A stretch of 29,704 bases of DNA from assembly GCA_050741655.1 (NCBI GenBank), contig JBOIFQ010000099.1, positions 1 to 29,704 of the forward strand. Reading direction: 5' to 3'. A program made the position numbers and the translations under genes. This DNA is from Burkholderiales bacterium (GTDB taxonomy: Bacteria > Pseudomonadota > Gammaproteobacteria > Burkholderiales > JAHFRG01). The notes beneath the pieces were generated by a model, which searched no databases, was not told where the DNA came from, and saw nothing but the letters and a program-made list of their open reading frames with translations. Shown piece after piece: positions 18,095 to 29,704 of this stretch (its first letter is position 1; each line of letters starts with the position of its first letter).

Positions 18095-18634
18095 CTACGA
18101 GCCCAGTTCTTCCAGCAGGCTCACCAAATCATCCGCGTGTTCTTCTTCCATCGCCAGGATGCCTTCCATCATGCGGCGGGTGGTGGGGTCGTCGTTGCCG
18201 AGGTAGGCGATCATTTCGCGGTAGCTGTCAATCGCAATACGCTCGGCGACCAGGTCTTCCTTGATCATATCAATCAGCGTATCGCCTTCGACATATTCCG
18301 CGTGGCTGCGGGTGAGCAAGCCTTCCGGTGAAAAATTCGGCGCGCCGCCCAGCTGCACAATGCGCTGCGCGATTTGATCCGCATGCATCTGCTCTTCGTT
18401 AGCGTGTTGCAGGAATTCCTGGGCCACACTGGTCGCGTTGATTCCCGCGGCCATGAAGTGGTGGCGCTTGTAGCGCAGGATGCAGACGATTTCGGTGGCG
18501 AGCGCTTCGTTCAGAATTTTGATGACAGTTTGCAGATCGCCGCGGTAGCCGTGTGTGACCGCGCCTTGCTCGATGTGCTGGCGCGCGCGTTTGCGCAGGG
18601 TTTTGATGTCAGTGAGAAAGGGTTTGTTTTCCAT
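18095..18634 (-). CDS. Ferritin-like (bacterioferritin/Dps-like) di-iron protein
   Basis: LNEALATE, EEQMHAD, RIVQLGG, EDLVAERIAIDSY, EEEHADD. Likely start is MENKPF at 18634; the longer ORF overlaps glnS. Confidence 0.85.
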   Translation of the reverse strand: MENKPFLTDIKTLRKRARQHIEQGAVTHGYRGDLQTVIKILNEALATEIVCILRYKRHHFMAAGINATSVAQEFLQHANEEQMHADQIAQRIVQLGGAPNFSPEGLLTRSHAEYVEGDTLIDMIKEDLVAERIAIDSYREMIAYLGNDDPTTRRMMEGILAMEEEHADDLVSLLEELGS

Positions 18635-18752
18635 GATAGCCCTGAGGGTCAAATAAAAGTATTTATACGAATTTAGTATATTCCGGTAGCGGCTAGAGTG
18701 GTGATTTTCTCGTGCCGGTAGCCCGAAAACGGAGAATGGGACGGATTGAATT

Positions 18753-20441
18753 TTACTCTTTCGCGCTTTCTTTCGCCCAGGTATCCCGCAGCGAGACGGC
18801 GCGGTTGAATACCGGCTTACCGGGTTTGGAATCCACTCTGTCCGCGACAAAATAACCGTTGCGCTCAAACTGAAAGTGCGTTTCGGGATGGGTACCGGCC
18901 AGCATCGGCTCCAGCTTGCAGGATTTCAGCACTTCGATGGAGTGGGGGTTGAGGAATTCCCGGTAATCCTTGCCGCCGGCATCGGGATGCGGGTGGGCAA
19001 ACAGCCGGTCGTACAGGCGTACTTCGGCCTCGAACGCATGCTGGGCGGATACCCAGTGGATGTTGCCTTTCACTTTGCGCGTTTCCGCGGCGCCGCTCCG
19101 GGTTTGCGCGTCGTAGGTGCAATGAATGGCCTCGATTTCGCCTTGCGGATCTTTGACCACGCTCACGCATTTGACGATGTAGGCGTAGCGCAGCCGTACT
19201 TCCGCGCCGGGAGAGAGGCGAAAATAACCCTTGGGCGGATTTTCCATGAAGTCGTCGCGCTCGATGTAGAGCACTTTGGAAAACGGCACTTTGCGTTTGC
19301 CGAGTTCGGGTTTTTGCGGATGGTTGGGCGCTTCGCAGTCTTCGCTTTTGCCATCGGGGTAATTATCAATTATGAGTTTCAAAGGGTGCAGCACGGCGAT
19401 ACGGCGCTGCGCGCGTTCATTCAAATCATCGCGCAGTGCTTGTTCCAGAATACTCATATCTATCCAGGAATCCGCCTTGGAGACGCCGATGCGCTCGGCG
19501 AACAGCCGGATGGATTCGGGCGTGTAGCCGCGCCGGCGCACGCCCACCAGCGTGTTCATGCGCGGATCATCCCAGCCGTTCACACAGTTCCCTTCCACCA
19601 GTTCGATCAGCTTGCGTTTACTCATCACGGTGTAAGTGAGATTGAGCCGCGCGAATTCAATTTGCTGCGGCAGTGGGTGTTTGAAATGGCCGCCTTTGGC
19701 CAGTTCATTCAGCACCCAGTCATAAAGCGGGCGGTGGTCTTCGAACTCCAGTGTGCAAATGGAGTGGGTGATGTTTTCCAGTGCGTCGGAAATGCAATGA
19801 GTGTAGTCGTAGAGCGGATAAATGCACCATTTACCGCCGGTGCGGTGATGTTCGGCATGGCGGATGCGATAGATGGCGGGGTCGCGCAGATTGATATTGG
19901 GCGAAGCCATGTCTATTTTGAGCCGCAGCACATGCGCGCCGTCGGGAAATTCGCCGGCTTTCATTTTGCGGAAGAGAACAAGATTTTCTTCCACCGAGCG
20001 TTCGCGGTAGGGGCTGTTCCTGCCAGGCTCGGTGAGCGTGCCGCGATGCGCGCGGATTTCCTCGGCGCTCAGGCTATCCACATAGGCCTTGCCGGATTTA
20101 ATGAAAAACTCGGCGAATTCATAAAGCCGGTCGAAATAATCGGAGGCGTAATAGAGATGCTTGCCCCAGTCGAAACCCAGCCAGCGTACCGAATCGAGGA
20201 TGGAGTCCACATACTCCTGCTCTTCCTTGGCCGGGTTGGTGTCGTCGAAGCGCATGTGGCACGCGCCACCGTAATCGCGCGCGAGTCCGAAGTTGAGGCA
20301 TATGGATTTGGCATGGCCAATGTGCAGATAGCCATTGGGCTCGGGCGGAAAGCGTGTCTCGACCCGGCCGCCCCATTTGGAGACGGCATTGTCCGCATCA
20401 ATGATGTTGCGGATGAAATTGACGGCAGGGGTTTTTTCCAT
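18753..20441 (-). CDS. glnS: Glutamine-tRNA ligase
   Basis: [51 protein letters not shown]. Start is probably the ATG at 20441. Confidence 0.97.
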   Translation of the reverse strand: MEKTPAVNFIRNIIDADNAVSKWGGRVETRFPPEPNGYLHIGHAKSICLNFGLARDYGGACHMRFDDTNPAKEEQEYVDSILDSVRWLGFDWGKHLYYASDYFDRLYEFAEFFIKSGKAYVDSLSAEEIRAHRGTLTEPGRNSPYRERSVEENLVLFRKMKAGEFPDGAHVLRLKIDMASPNINLRDPAIYRIRHAEHHRTGGKWCIYPLYDYTHCISDALENITHSICTLEFEDHRPLYDWVLNELAKGGHFKHPLPQQIEFARLNLTYTVMSKRKLIELVEGNCVNGWDDPRMNTLVGVRRRGYTPESIRLFAERIGVSKADSWIDMSILEQALRDDLNERAQRRIAVLHPLKLIIDNYPDGKSEDCEAPNHPQKPELGKRKVPFSKVLYIERDDFMENPPKGYFRLSPGAEVRLRYAYIVKCVSVVKDPQGEIEAIHCTYDAQTRSGAAETRKVKGNIHWVSAQHAFEAEVRLYDRLFAHPHPDAGGKDYREFLNPHSIEVLKSCKLEPMLAGTHPETHFQFERNGYFVADRVDSKPGKPVFNRAVSLRDTWAKESAKE

Positions 20442-20585
20442 GGCGCAGTGATTTTTTGGAGGAAACGGTATGTAACACAAACTTTGTGAAAATTAAAGAA
20501 AATTCCTTCGCCAGCCGGGTTTCACCGAGCCGCCAGCGCGCCATTAAAAAATCCGCTCAAAGCCGCTTCCGGCATTTTATCCTAT

Positions 20586-20613
20586 TTGATTTAGTTAAAT
20601 TTTTTGCTAGAAT
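20586..20613 (+). promoter_or_regulatory. Probable sigma70 promoter of the rimP-nusA-infB operon
   Basis: TTGATT, 16 nt spacer, TAGAAT, with an extended -10 TG at 20605-20606. Confidence 0.55.
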
Positions 20614-20642
20614 GGCGGGTGTTAAAAGTAAAACAACGAAAT

Positions 20643-20663
20643 GGGCTGTCGAGCCCTTTTTTT
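20643..20663 (+). promoter_or_regulatory. rimP leader attenuator hairpin
   Basis: GGGCT-GTCG-AGCCC followed by T7 just upstream of rimP, matching the known GGGc...gCCC-U-tract rimP leader motif. Confidence 0.7.
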
Positions 20664-20679
20664 GTTTGTGGTACGGCTT

Positions 20680-21108
20680 ATGAATTTGCGTGAAATCGTG
20701 GAACCGGCGGTGAGCGGCCTCGGCTATGAGCTGGTGGACCTTGAAATGTCCAACCGGAACAAGATGCTGCGGGTGTTCATTGACAAGGCGGACGGGATCA
20801 GCGTGAACGATTGCGCACGCGTCAGCCATCATCTGACGCATCTGTTCGCGGTCGAAGGTCACGATTACGACCGGCTGGAAGTGTCTTCGCCGGGACTGGA
20901 CCGCATTTTGAAGAAAGACGCCGATTTCGTGCGCTTTGCCGGCGCGAAAGCGCAAATCAGGCTGCGCATGCCGCTGGCGGGACAAAGGAACTTCGTGGGC
21001 GTGTTGCGCGGGATGGAAAACGGGTGCCTGCAGTTGGAGGTGGACGGAAAGTTGTTGCTGCTGGAGCTGGCGAATCTGGAAAAGGCGCGTCTGGTTCCAG
21101 ACTTATAG
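20680..21108 (+). CDS. rimP: Ribosome maturation factor RimP
   Basis: [38 protein letters not shown]. Precedes nusA. Confidence 0.95.
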   Translation: MNLREIVEPAVSGLGYELVDLEMSNRNKMLRVFIDKADGISVNDCARVSHHLTHLFAVEGHDYDRLEVSSPGLDRILKKDADFVRFAGAKAQIRLRMPLAGQRNFVGVLRGMENGCLQLEVDGKLLLLELANLEKARLVPDL

Positions 21109-21122
21109 TTGGAGATCGTGTC

Positions 21123-22595
21123 ATGAGCCGTGAAATTCTGTTGCTGGTGGATGCGCTGGCGCGCGAGAAAAACGTCGAGAAGGAAATCGTTTTCGGCGCG
21201 CTCGAGCTGGCGTTGGCGTCCGCCACGAAAAAGCGTTTTAGCGAAGATGTGGATGTGCGCGTGGCGGTGGACCGCGAGACCGGCGATTACGATTCTTTCC
21301 GCCGCTGGCAGGTGGTGAGCAACGATGAATTCGAAGTGCCCGCGCGCCAATACACGCTGAATGAAGCGCAGGAAGATCATCCGGATATCCAGCTGGGCGA
21401 ATACATCGAGGAGCCGCTGGAGCCGGTGGAATTCGGCCGCATCGGCGCGCAAACCGCGAAGCAGGTGATCCTGCAAAAAATCCGCGACGCCGAGCGCGAG
21501 CAGATTCTGAACGACTTTCTGCAACGCAAGGAACATCTCGTCACCGGCGTCATCAAGCGCATGGAGCGTGGCAACGCCATGATCGAATCCGGCCGCATCG
21601 AAGCGGTGCTGCCGCGCGAACAGATGATTCCCAAGGAAAATCTGCGCGTCGGCGACCGCGTGCGCGCCTATCTGCTGCGCGTGGATCGCGGCGCGCGCGG
21701 ACCGCAACTCATTTTATCGCGCATCGTTCCCGAATTCCTGGTCAAGCTGTTCGAGCTGGAAGTGCCGGAAATCGAGGAAGGCCTGCTCGAAATCAAAGGC
21801 GCCGCCCGCGATCCGGGTTCGCGCGCCAAAATCGCGGTGAAAGCCAACGACCAGCGCATAGATCCCATCGGCACTTGCGTCGGCATGCGCGGCTCGCGCG
21901 TGCAGGCGGTGACCGGCGAATTAGCCGGCGAGCGCGTGGACATCATCCTGTATTCGACCGACCCGGCGCAGTTCGTGATCAACGCGCTGGCGCCCGCCGA
22001 AGTGAGCAGCATCGTGGTGGATGAAGAGAAGCACAGCATGGATATCGTGGTGGCCGAGGAAGCGCTGGCGCAAGCCATCGGCCGTACCGGCCAGAACGTG
22101 CGGCTGGCTTCGGAGCTCACCGGCTGGGAACTCAATATCATGACGGTCGAGGAATCGCAAAAGAAAACCCAGGAAGAATCCAGCAGCGTCAAGAAACTGT
22201 TCATGGAACGCCTCGACGTGGACGAGGAAGTGGCCGATATCCTGGTGCAGGAAGGTTTCAACACTCTCGAGGAAGTGGCTTATGTGCCACTCACCGAAAT
22301 GCTGGAAATCGATGCCTTTGATGAAGACACGGTGAATGAACTGCGCAGCCGCGCGCGCAACGCCTTGCTGAACGAGGAGATCGCCAGCGAAGAACAGGTG
22401 GAGCATGGCGCCGAAGATTTGCTGAATCTGGAAGGCATGGACGGCCAGACCGCGCGCATGCTGGCTGCGAAGGGCGTGACCACGGTGGAAGGGCTGGCGG
22501 ATCTGGCGTTGGATGATTTGCTGGAAATCACCGGCATGGACGCGGAGCGCGCCAAGAAACTGATTATGACGGCGCGCGCGCCGTGGTTTGCATGA
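21123..22595 (+). CDS. nusA: Transcription termination factor NusA
   Basis: [77 protein letters not shown]. Confidence 0.98.
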   Translation: MSREILLLVDALAREKNVEKEIVFGALELALASATKKRFSEDVDVRVAVDRETGDYDSFRRWQVVSNDEFEVPARQYTLNEAQEDHPDIQLGEYIEEPLEPVEFGRIGAQTAKQVILQKIRDAEREQILNDFLQRKEHLVTGVIKRMERGNAMIESGRIEAVLPREQMIPKENLRVGDRVRAYLLRVDRGARGPQLILSRIVPEFLVKLFELEVPEIEEGLLEIKGAARDPGSRAKIAVKANDQRIDPIGTCVGMRGSRVQAVTGELAGERVDIILYSTDPAQFVINALAPAEVSSIVVDEEKHSMDIVVAEEALAQAIGRTGQNVRLASELTGWELNIMTVEESQKKTQEESSSVKKLFMERLDVDEEVADILVQEGFNTLEEVAYVPLTEMLEIDAFDEDTVNELRSRARNALLNEEIASEEQVEHGAEDLLNLEGMDGQTARMLAAKGVTTVEGLADLALDDLLEITGMDAERAKKLIMTARAPWFA

Positions 22596-22630
22596 GCAAC
22601 TTAATTTAGGGAACGGAAGCAGAGAAGCGC

Positions 22631-25123
22631 ATGGCACAGATGAAAGTAGAGCAATTTGCGCGCGAGCTGAAGCTGGATCCTGCACGCCTGATCGAGCAAT
22701 TGCAGGCGGCCGGGGTCAACAAGAAGCTGGCCGAGGATCTGCTTACCGAGCAGGACAAGACGCAGTTGCTGGAATATCTGCACCGCGTGCACGGCGCGCA
22801 GGATCAGAAAAAGAAAATCACGCTGACGCGGCGCCAGACTTCGGAAATCAAGAAAGCCGACAGTACCGGCAAGGCGCGCACCATTCAGGTCGAAGTGCGC
22901 AAAAAGCGCGTGTTCGTCAAGCGCGACGGGCCGGGCGCCGATGGCGAAGGACATAAAAGCGCGCCGGTGCTGGACGCCGGGCAACTGGCTTTGCGCGAGC
23001 AAGAAGCGCGCAAGCAGGCCGAACTGATCGCGCGCCAAGGCGAGGCGCTGCGCGAAAAACAGGAACAAGAGCAGAAACGCAAGCAACCGGAGGCCAAGCC
23101 GGAAGAAATAAAGCCGGCCGCCGCGCCCGCTACCGAAGGCACGTTGCACAAACCGGCGATCACGCCGGAGAAAGCCGCCAAGGCGGACAAGAAAACCAAG
23201 AAACAACGGCAAGTCATCTGGCAGGAAGAATCCGCACGCAAACGCACCATCAAGACGCGCGGCGATATGAGCGGTGGCCAGGGCTGGCGCGAGCGCAAGG
23301 GACCCAAACCCAGGGTGCAGCATAATGACGAGCCGCAACTCCCGCATGCGTTTTCCATGCCTACCGAACCGGTGGTGCATGAAGTGCTGATTCCCGAAAC
23401 CATTGCGGTCGGCAATCTCGCGCAAAAAATGTCGGTGAAAGCGGCGGAAGTCATCAAGGTGCTGATGAACATGGGCACCATGGTTACCATCAATCAGGTG
23501 CTGGATCAGGACACCGCCATCATCGTGGTGGAGGAGATGGGCCATGTCGCCAAGCGCGCCAAGCTCGACGACCCCGAATCGCTGTTAAGCGAGCAGCCGC
23601 AGGAACAGTCCTTGCATCCGCGCGCGCCGGTGGTGACGGTGATGGGGCATGTGGACCACGGCAAGACTTCGCTTTTGGATTTCATCCGCCGCACGCGCGT
23701 GGCGAGCGGCGAGGCCGGCGGCATTACTCAGCATATCGGCGCCTATCATGTGGAAACGCCGAAAGGCATGATTACTTTTCTCGATACCCCCGGCCACGAA
23801 GCGTTCACCGCGATGCGCGCGCGCGGCGCCAAGGTTACCGACATCGTGATTCTGGTGGTGGCAGCGGATGATGGCGTGATGCCGCAGACGATAGAAGCGA
23901 TCCACCATGCCAAGGCGGCGAAAGTGCCGATCGTGGTGGCGATCAACAAAATAGACAAACCGGAAGCCCATCCCGACCGCATCAAGCAGGAATTGCTCGC
24001 GCACGAAGTGGTGCCCGAGGAATACGGCGGCGATGCGATGTTCGTGCAGGTTTCCGCCAAGACTGGCAAAGGTATCGACCAGTTGCTGGAAGGCGTGCTG
24101 CTGCAGGCCGAAGTGCTGGAGCTCAAGGCGGCGACGGACGTCCCGGCCAGGGGGCTGGTGATTGAATCGCGTCTGGACAAGGGGCGCGGGCCGGTGGCGA
24201 CGATACTGGTGCAATCCGGCACGCTCAAGCGCGGCGATATCATGCTGGCGGGAGCGGTGTTCGGCCGCGTGCGCGCCATGTTTGACGAAGCCGGACGCAA
24301 TATCCACGAAGCCGGACCTTCGATCCCGGTTGAAATTCAGGGTTTGGCCGATGTGCCGGTGGCGGGCGAACCGGTGCAGATACTGAGCGACGAGCGCAAG
24401 GCGCGCGAAATCGCGCTGTTCCGCCAAGGCAAGTTCCGCGACGTGAAACTCGCCAAGCTGCAGGCGGCGAAGCTTGAGAATGTGTTCGAGCAAATGACCG
24501 AAGGGCAGGCCAAGACCTTGTCGCTGGTCATCAAGGCCGATGTGCAGGGGTCTTACGAAGCGCTCACGCACGCGCTGTCCAAACTTTCCACCGGCGAAGT
24601 CAAAGTCAATGTCATACACAGCGGCGTCGGCGCGATTACCGAATCCGATATTAATCTGGCGCTTGCCTCGAAAGCCGTGGTCATCGGCTTCAACACGCGC
24701 GCCGACAGCACCGCGCGCAAGCTGATTTCCAACACCGGCGTGGACGTGCGCTACTACAACATCATTTATGAAGCCGTGGATGAAATCAAGGCGGCGCTTT
24801 CGGGCATGCTGGCGCCGGAGCGCAAGGAAAACGCCATCGGACTGGTGGACATTCGTGCGGTATACCGCATTTCCAAGGTCGGCGCGGTGGCCGGTTGTTA
24901 TGTGCTGGAAGGCGTGGTCAAGCGCAATTCCCAGGTGCGCGTACTGCGCGACAATGTGGTGGTGCACGCCGGAGAAATCGAATCGCTGAAACGCTTCAAG
25001 GACGATGCGCGCGAAGTAAAAGCCGGTTTCGAATGCGGTCTGTCGCTGCGCGGCTATGACGATATCAAGGTCGGCGACCAGCTCGAGGTATTCGAAGTGG
25101 TCGAAGTGGCCAGAACATTGTGA
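22631..25123 (+). CDS. infB: Translation initiation factor IF-2
   Basis: [43 protein letters not shown]. Confidence 0.98.
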   Translation: MAQMKVEQFARELKLDPARLIEQLQAAGVNKKLAEDLLTEQDKTQLLEYLHRVHGAQDQKKKITLTRRQTSEIKKADSTGKARTIQVEVRKKRVFVKRDGPGADGEGHKSAPVLDAGQLALREQEARKQAELIARQGEALREKQEQEQKRKQPEAKPEEIKPAAAPATEGTLHKPAITPEKAAKADKKTKKQRQVIWQEESARKRTIKTRGDMSGGQGWRERKGPKPRVQHNDEPQLPHAFSMPTEPVVHEVLIPETIAVGNLAQKMSVKAAEVIKVLMNMGTMVTINQVLDQDTAIIVVEEMGHVAKRAKLDDPESLLSEQPQEQSLHPRAPVVTVMGHVDHGKTSLLDFIRRTRVASGEAGGITQHIGAYHVETPKGMITFLDTPGHEAFTAMRARGAKVTDIVILVVAADDGVMPQTIEAIHHAKAAKVPIVVAINKIDKPEAHPDRIKQELLAHEVVPEEYGGDAMFVQVSAKTGKGIDQLLEGVLLQAEVLELKAATDVPARGLVIESRLDKGRGPVATILVQSGTLKRGDIMLAGAVFGRVRAMFDEAGRNIHEAGPSIPVEIQGLADVPVAGEPVQILSDERKAREIALFRQGKFRDVKLAKLQAAKLENVFEQMTEGQAKTLSLVIKADVQGSYEALTHALSKLSTGEVKVNVIHSGVGAITESDINLALASKAVVIGFNTRADSTARKLISNTGVDVRYYNIIYEAVDEIKAALSGMLAPERKENAIGLVDIRAVYRISKVGAVAGCYVLEGVVKRNSQVRVLRDNVVVHAGEIESLKRFKDDAREVKAGFECGLSLRGYDDIKVGDQLEVFEVVEVARTL

Positions 25124-25201
25124 GGAGTAAGGAGTGAGGGGTGAGGAGTAAAAACCCCCGGGGCTTTTCACCCCTTACCACTTACCCCTCACGCCTTACC
25201 G
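25120..25201. repeat. Inverted array of heptamer tandem repeats (STRR-like) between infB and rbfA
   Basis: GTGAGGA GTAAGGA GTGAGGG GTGAGGA GTAAAAA, a short C/G core, then the complementary-type units TTCACCC CTTACCA CTTACCC CTCACGC CTTACCG. Confidence 0.8.
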
Positions 25202-25210
25202 GGAATTATC

Positions 25211-25573
25211 ATGCCCAAGGATTATCCCCGCACCCGCCGTGTCGCCGAACAGATCCAGCGCGAACTGGCCGAAATCGTGCAGATGGAACTGAAAGATCCG
25301 CGCGTGGGGACGATTACCCTGACCGGCGTCGAAGTCACTTCGGATTATGCGCACGCCAAGATTTTTTTCACGCAATTAGGCGCAGCCAAACCGGAAACCC
25401 TGGAAGGACTGCAACGCGCCGCGGGATTTTTGCGCAGCCAATTGGCGCGGCGGCTGAAAATACACGCCGTGCCGCAACTGCATTTCGTCTATGACGCCTC
25501 AGTCGAGCGCGGCATTCAGCTTTCCAGTTTGATAGACCAGGCCATCGCCGAAGACAAGCAGCATCCGGATTGA
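25211..25573 (+). CDS. rbfA: 30S ribosome-binding factor RbfA
   Basis: [40 protein letters not shown]. Canonical gene order. Confidence 0.96.
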   Translation: MPKDYPRTRRVAEQIQRELAEIVQMELKDPRVGTITLTGVEVTSDYAHAKIFFTQLGAAKPETLEGLQRAAGFLRSQLARRLKIHAVPQLHFVYDASVERGIQLSSLIDQAIAEDKQHPD

Positions 25574-26541
25574 ATTTTCCTTTGCACAATACTGCCCACA
25601 TCAAAAGAGCCGTCAACGGCGTGCTGTTGTTCGACAAGCCGTGCGGCTTAACGAGCAACGCGGCTTTGCAGAAAGTGAAGCGCTTGTTCCAGGCCGCCAA
25701 AGCCGGCCATACCGGAACACTGGATCCGCTGGCGACCGGCTTGCTGCCGGTTTGCTTCGGAGAAGCGACCAAATTTTCGCAAGCTTTGCTCGACGCGGGC
25801 AAAGCCTATCACGCCTTGATCAAGCTCGGGCAAACCACGACTACCGGCGATGCGGAAGGGGAAATCATTGCCGCGCGCGAAGCAGCGCTGAGTTTGCCGC
25901 AGGTAAAGGCCGCGCTCAGGAATTTCACCGGAAATATCAGCCAGATTCCGCCCATGCATTCGGCGCTGAAGCATCAAGGGCGGCCGCTGTATGCACTGGC
26001 GCGCGCCGGGCAGAGGGTGGAAAGAGCCGCGCGGCAAATTGAAATCACGTCCTTGTATCTGGATGCGTTTGCCGGGGATGAACTCGCGTTGACGGTTCAT
26101 TGCAGCAAAGGGACTTACATCCGGGTGCTGGCCGAGGACATCGGCGAGTTCCTGGGTTGCGGCGCGCACCTGCAAGCCTTGCGCCGCCTTGAGGTGGGGC
26201 CATTTGCACTCAAGCATGCGCTGACGCTGGACCAACTTGAGTCCATGAACCTGCTTGAGCGCGATGCGGCGCTGCTGCCGGTGGATGCTCTGTTACGCGC
26301 TTTGCCGGAAATTTTCCTGGATGAGGCGGCCGCAGCCCATTTTTTGCGCGGTCGGGAGGTACTTTGCCAGGCTTCAGATTCGGCAGGGAATGTTAGAATT
26401 TATAACCTGAATCAACAGTTTATTGGTGTCGGGCAAATTACATCCGAAGGCAGATTGCGTCCCAAACGCGTGCTCGCGAATGGCGCTTTACAGCGACCCG
26501 AAATGAAATCAGGCGCTTTAAATCAATTAAGCAAAGATTGA
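25570..26541 (+). CDS. truB: tRNA pseudouridine(55) synthase TruB
   Basis: [42 protein letters not shown]. The TTG start overlapping the rbfA stop is tentative. Confidence 0.95.
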   Translation: MNFPLHNTAHIKRAVNGVLLFDKPCGLTSNAALQKVKRLFQAAKAGHTGTLDPLATGLLPVCFGEATKFSQALLDAGKAYHALIKLGQTTTTGDAEGEIIAAREAALSLPQVKAALRNFTGNISQIPPMHSALKHQGRPLYALARAGQRVERAARQIEITSLYLDAFAGDELALTVHCSKGTYIRVLAEDIGEFLGCGAHLQALRRLEVGPFALKHALTLDQLESMNLLERDAALLPVDALLRALPEIFLDEAAAAHFLRGREVLCQASDSAGNVRIYNLNQQFIGVGQITSEGRLRPKRVLANGALQRPEMKSGALNQLSKD

Positions 26542-26557
26542 AAAACAGCAGAGTTAC

Positions 26558-26587
26558 TTGAGCTAAGCCATGATTAAAAGGTAAAAT
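26558..26587 (+). promoter_or_regulatory. Possible sigma70 promoter for rpsO-pnp
   Basis: TTGAGC, 18 nt spacer, TAAAAT, about 40 nt upstream of rpsO. Confidence 0.45.
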
Positions 26588-26626
26588 GCCAAGTCTTGAA
26601 CGAAAAGAAAATCTGGAGAGCAAAAC

Positions 26627-26896
26627 ATGTCAGTGCATACTGCGCAAAAAGCGCAAATTTTGAAAGACTATCAAACGGCCAAGAGCGATACCGGTTCCAC
26701 CGAAGTGCAGGTTGCGCTGCTGACCGCCCGCATCAACGATCTGGCCGAGCATTTCAAAACGCACGTCAAGGATCATCATTCGCGCCAGGGTCTGTTGCGC
26801 ATGGTGAGCCGCCGCCGCAAGCTGCTGGATTATCTCAAGGGCAGCAGCGCGGAACGTTATCGTGCGCTGATCGAACGCCTTAGTTTGCGCAAATAA
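26627..26896 (+). CDS. rpsO: 30S ribosomal protein S15
   Basis: [36 protein letters not shown]. 89 aa. GGAG RBS. Confidence 0.98.
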   Translation: MSVHTAQKAQILKDYQTAKSDTGSTEVQVALLTARINDLAEHFKTHVKDHHSRQGLLRMVSRRRKLLDYLKGSSAERYRALIERLSLRK

Positions 26897-26955
26897 TTTA
26901 GCGCGCGCGCCATTCCGGCGCGGTTCACATAAATTTCGCATAAGGATATCGCGCC

Positions 26956-29055
<2,100 letters not shown>

Positions 29056-29073
29056 TTCAAGTCAGCAGAAAAT

Positions 29074-29101
29074 AAAAAGGCGGCCAATGGCCGCTTTTTT
29101 T
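29074..29101. terminator. Bidirectional Rho-independent terminator between pnp and dksA
   Basis: AAAAAG-GCGGCC-AAT-GGCCGC-TTTTTTT between convergent genes. Confidence 0.85.
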
Positions 29102-29117
29102 ATTGCTTATCGCGTGA

Positions 29118-29552
29118 TCACTTGGCTACTTGCTTTTCCCTTAATTCATCCAGAGTCTTGCAGTCTATGCACAGCGTCGCGGTGGGGCGCGCTTCCAGGC
29201 GTTTCAAACCGATTTCGATTCCGCAGTTGTCGCAGTAGCCGTAGTCGCCGCCTTCAATTTTGGCAATGGTTTCGTCAATTTTCTTGATCAGCTTGCGTTC
29301 GCGGTCGCGGTTGCGGAGTTCCAGCGCCATGTCGGATTCCTGGCTGGCGCGGTCGTTGGGGTCGGCGAAAATCGTCGCCTCGTCCTGCATGGTGTGCACG
29401 GTACGGTCTATATCCTGGCCCAGTTCTTTTTTCAGAGTTTCCAGGATTTTGCGAAAGTGCCCAAGCTGCCGCTGATTCATGTATTCCTCCCCTTTTTTTG
29501 GCACATAAGGGGTGAACTGTTTTTGCAATTCAGCAGGCATTTTTGTAAGCAT
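29118..29552 (-). CDS. dksA: RNA polymerase-binding transcription factor DksA
   Basis: [15 protein letters not shown] (DxxD tip), [11 protein letters not shown], Zn finger CDNC...[12 protein letters not shown]. The start may instead be the ATG at 29540. Confidence 0.96.
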   Translation of the reverse strand: MLTKMPAELQKQFTPYVPKKGEEYMNQRQLGHFRKILETLKKELGQDIDRTVHTMQDEATIFADPNDRASQESDMALELRNRDRERKLIKKIDETIAKIEGGDYGYCDNCGIEIGLKRLEARPTATLCIDCKTLDELREKQVAK

Positions 29553-29638
29553 CCGTTACCGAAAAAACGCTTTAATATCAGAAATCGAATTATACCGCAA
29601 GTTCAATCCCGCACCCCGGTTTTTTATCTCCCCGCGCA

Positions 29639-29667
29639 TTGACCTTTGCGGAGGCCAAGAGTATATT
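29639..29667 (+). promoter_or_regulatory. sigma70 promoter of the tRNA gene
   Basis: TTGACC, 17 nt spacer, TATATT, followed by the GC-rich discriminator GACGCGC. Confidence 0.65.
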
Positions 29668-29677
29668 GACGCGCTTC

Positions 29678-29704
29678 CGGGGTGTAGCGCAGCCTGGTAG
29701 CGCG
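29678..29704 (+). tRNA. tRNA-Pro, 5' part (truncated by right window edge; anticodon not visible)
   Basis: CGGGGTG-TA-GCGCAGCCTGGTAGCGC is the characteristic 5' acceptor strand and D-arm of bacterial tRNA-Pro. Confidence 0.8.

Noticed and set aside
18876..20489. 537-aa plus-strand ORF
   Set aside because: Antisense shadow of glnS with no recognisable motifs, as expected from GC-rich codon bias.
23585..25171. 528-aa minus-strand ORF and similar long antisense ORFs over hprA, sgaA, nusA and pnp
   Set aside because: Shadow ORFs opposite well-supported conserved genes.
25141..25494. 117-aa ORF starting in the heptamer repeats
   Set aside because: Out-of-frame overlap with rbfA. Its apparent RBS and start are by-products of the repeat.

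Overview
GC-rich, betaproteobacterial-like chromosomal window with four blocks. (1) The 3' end of an aerobic benzoyl-CoA (box) degradation operon: partial boxA, a fused enoyl-CoA hydratase/3-hydroxyacyl-CoA dehydrogenase and a 3-oxoadipyl-CoA thiolase. (2) A ~12.6 kb C1/C2 cluster: an OxlT-type oxalate:formate antiporter, divergent from a PanE-like (probable oxalyl-CoA) reductase and an oxalate-CoA ligase-like enzyme. These are followed directly by the serine-cycle genes sgaA-hprA-mtkA-mtkB-ppc-mclA; mtdA, fch, glyA and gck are not in this window. This looks like one oxalate-to-glyoxylate-to-serine-cycle assimilation module and is the most interesting feature. A 186-bp MITE/REP-like element lies between ppc and mclA. 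(3) Small minus-strand genes (a secreted protein with two repeats, a tautomerase, a DUF2721-like membrane protein, a ferritin-like protein) plus glnS. (4) Housekeeping genes rimP-nusA-infB-rbfA-truB-rpsO-pnp, a convergent dksA, and the 5' end of a tRNA-Pro at the right edge. All calls come from motif recognition and recalled family knowledge; no database searches were run.
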